This document shows, one piece after another, positions 60,961 through 64,000 of a DNA stretch of 64,000 nt (the stretch's first letter is position 1; every line of letters begins with the position of its first letter). A program made the position numbers and the translations under genes. Below the pieces are notes generated by a model. The model was not told where the DNA came from and made no database searches. It worked only from the letters and a program-made list of their open reading frames with translations. This DNA is from the human T2T-CHM13v2.0 reference genome, Homo sapiens: NCBI RefSeq assembly GCF_009914755.1, contig NC_060925.1. One strand, given 5' to 3'.

Positions 60961-61267
60961 GCCAGTCATGGTGGTTCACGCCTGTAATCCCAGCACTTTG
61001 GGAGGCCGAGGCGGGTGGATCACCTGAGGTCAGGAGTTCGAGACCAGCCTGGCCAACATGATGAAACCCCATCTCTACTAAAAATACAAAAATGACCCGG
61101 GTGTGGTGGTGTGCACCTGTAGTCCCAGCTACTAGGGAGGCTGAGAATCGCTTGAACCTGGGAGGCAGAGGTTGCAGTGAGCCAGGATCATGCCACTGCA
61201 CTCCAGCCTGGGTGACAGAGCGAGACTGCATCTCAAAAACAAACAAACAAACAAACAAACAAAAAAC
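60961..61267 (+). mobile_element. Alu (AluSx-like) amid L2 remnants (~59600-61760)
   Basis: TSD CTAAGTATGCT; (CAAA)n tail. Confidence 0.92.
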
Positions 61268-63699
61268 TAAGTATGCTTCTTCTTGACTACTTGTTTCCTG
61301 GCATCATTATAGCTTTCACTGTAATGCATATGTTGGAGACTCTAAAGTCTTTATCTTCAGCCCTAACTTTTTCCTGAATTTCGATTTAAATCCAGTTGGG
61401 TGCCCTTCTGCCCATAGGCCCTCAGCATGTTCAAATGTGAACTCTCTGTCTTCTCCCTTACTGCAATTCCTCCCATTGTGCCTTTTGTATTTTGATCTCA
61501 GCCGATGAAACCACAATCCACCCAGTCACTTAGAACCAGGAGGAAACCTAAATTCCTCCTCCTCTCATCCTCCTCTCTCTCACTACCATATCCAGTCAGT
61601 GACCATGTCTTATCGATTTTATTTCCAAATGATAATTAACTACATATGTTTGCTCTATCCCTGTTGCCATGACTTCAAGTCATCCTCAGAATTTCTCTCT
61701 TGAACTATCAAAGTGGCTTCCTAACTAATTTTTGTATCTCCAACTAAACCTTCTATATCAATGAAGGGAAGAAAGGAGCAACTCTAGCTTTCAAAGCATA
61801 CATAAGTTTACACAGGAAATGAGAAAGCTGAAAAAGCAAACAAGGGATCAGACAAAGCAGAATATGCACCTACCACTCCTAGGACTGGAAGAACAGTGGG
61901 AACAAGTAGTATTGTTAGAAGCCACAAGCCAGAGGTTGGCGGCAAGAGATAGATCCATGGCAGGGCAGTCTGGAAAGAGCTGAAGCCTTGAGGACCTGCA
62001 GCGGCCACAGGTGGTACGACAGAAAGGGAATGGGTTTGAGTCGGGAATATGCAGAAGGGAGGAGCAAACATGAATACTCTGGTTTCTTCTCTTTTCCAGT
62101 CAGTTACCTGTCTCTTCCATTGGCTAAACCCGCCTGGAAGTTATAGTACAGGGAAGCCTGGAAAATGTAGTTACCTATAATACAGATCACAGCATGTGAA
62201 AGGGAGGCCAGAGTGCTCTATATAAAATAAAAATCCAACCTGATTATTCCTTCTTAGATTCTTTCCATCACATTCAGAAAACAACAACAACAACAGTCCA
62301 AGTGCCCTCTACAGCCCTGCCCTCACCTAATCCCTTTAAACTCATCTCTGAACTCATCTCTGAAAACCCAAAGTGCTTGTACTTCTTTGCATACTGCATG
62401 TTTCTTCATGAGTCTACACCTTGGCTGATGCTATTCCCTCAGCATGTCAACATATCTACACACATGCACATAATCTGGTGGGATTTGGAGTGGGATTGTA
62501 TTGACTTTACCAATAAATTTTGAGAGAACTGACATCTTTTCAATATTGAGCCTTCCCATAATGAACAAGATACATCCTTCCTTTATTAAGATTGCTCAAT
62601 AACGTTTCATAGTGTTCTATGTAGAATTTTTGCACATCATTTTCTGGCACCCAGTGTTAGCCATGATTGAATTAGCTAGGGATGAGAGAAACAATGTAAA
62701 AGTTGAAATATTATGCAATTGAGAAAAATTGGGATGGAAATGTTGAAATGATATGGGAACTAGAACAGTACTGCTTCGTGTTCAGAGACATATCCAGGCT
62801 TCCCTTGATAGGAGTTGCTTGCTAAGCAAAGTGTGTTTACTCTAGCAGCCCCTAGGGTGGGCATTCTGCCTGGGGAGAGAAGGGCAATGACTCAGCTGTG
62901 TTCAAGACACCACAACATAAACAGTGGGGTTGGAGTAGAGTAAGGTAGCTTTGCAGAGCAGTACAATCCCCTAATGTGCTTGATTTCCCAAGGTCTCCTT
63001 CAGTACATCCCTCTGTCAATTACAACTCCAAGTAAACACAGATCTCCTTATGATCGTACTAGCAGAGGATTGAGATATGGCTATGCCAAAGAGCAGACCC
63101 TCATGAGCATGTGAAGCAGTCTAGAGCCCTGGACAAGGAGTAGCTGACTAAAGTATCCACCCCAGCCTCTGTCTTGGTGTGCCCTGCCCACTGAGACTAG
63201 TGAAGAGGTGATCTTGCACCATGTAGCTCAAGAGAAAGCCCTCATCTGCCAGTTTGCTTTTAGTCCATGGGCCCCCATGAACAGCTGGACTGCAAGCCAT
63301 TCTTGCTCACTAACTTTATTGTGGATGAAAGGCTCTTTTGTAACCCCCTAGAGGGCTCTGAGTATAAGCAAGTAGGAGAAGTCATACCTGCTAGAGAAGT
63401 GAAATAGAGATTTATAAAATGTCTCACAGAGGTAATACTAGCTGCTAATCCTCATATATGTAGACTCTTATTTATAAACATTATACAAGCAACATATCAA
63501 AAATTGAAAAATGTTGAAATAACTAAAAGTTCAAAGCTAAGTACTCTAAAAGAATGGCTCCCACTAAAATAGAAAACATAAAGAAAACAAGAAAGGTCCT
63601 TTAAAATTATAATTGATATTCTTCAAGAGATTTGAGGGAAGAATTCATTGAGTAAAATAGCAGGCCAGTATTACAGAGAAGCAATTGGAAAGTAAAAGA

Positions 63700-64000
63700 G
63701 AATGTTGACCATTAACAGAGCTTGTGACTATCATATGCAAATGCTTTCTGAAAATAAAGGGAAAATGCTTGCCAACTCACTATATAAGGCAAGTATTTCC
63801 CTGATACCAAAGCAGATAAAGACATGACAGGAAACGAAAACTTGACCATGTATTATCCTGCCTTAACAAAAGCAAAAATCCTTAAAAACATATTAGCAAT
63901 CTGAGTCCAGCAACATATAAAAAGGATTACATACTATGACCAAGTAGAATTCATCCCAGGAATTCAAGGTTGGCTTAACATCCAAAAATCAATTATATAT
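63700..64000 (+). mobile_element. Old L1 ORF2 (RT region) fragment, running off the window
   Basis: ccctgataccaaa..., gcaaaaatccttaaaaacatattagcaa...atgaccaagtagaattcatcccaggaat match the L1 RT nucleotide pattern. Confidence 0.8.

Overview
Primate, most likely human, genomic DNA. It holds the 5' part of PCNX2 (pecanex 2, formerly PCNXL2; human 1q42.2) on the minus strand. The CpG-island promoter and exon 1 lie at about 57.7-58.1 kb, followed by a 32-kb intron 1 and coding exons 2-8 (25522 down to 13090). These exons splice with canonical GT-AG sites into one continuous 2222-nt open frame; exon 9 onward lies left of the window. Intron 1 carries a co-oriented RPS7 processed pseudogene with a single nonsense codon. 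The rest is ordinary repeat-rich intron and upstream sequence: about 23 Alu/FLAM copies, L1 (one 5'-inverted), L2, MIR, LTRs, hAT/Tigger DNA-transposon relics and minisatellites. Nearly all short ORFs in the supplied track are repeat-derived or chance ORFs. I see no evidence of a new multi-gene system. The best candidates for undescribed biology are regulatory: a strong-Kozak 52-aa Gly-rich uORF read through the GGC repeat of the PCNX2 5' leader, a MIR-derived candidate poison exon in intron 8, a duplicated 21-mer with a complementary arm bracketing exon 3, and several local duplications and palindromes. Repeat subfamily names are recalled from consensus sequences and need RepeatMasker confirmation.
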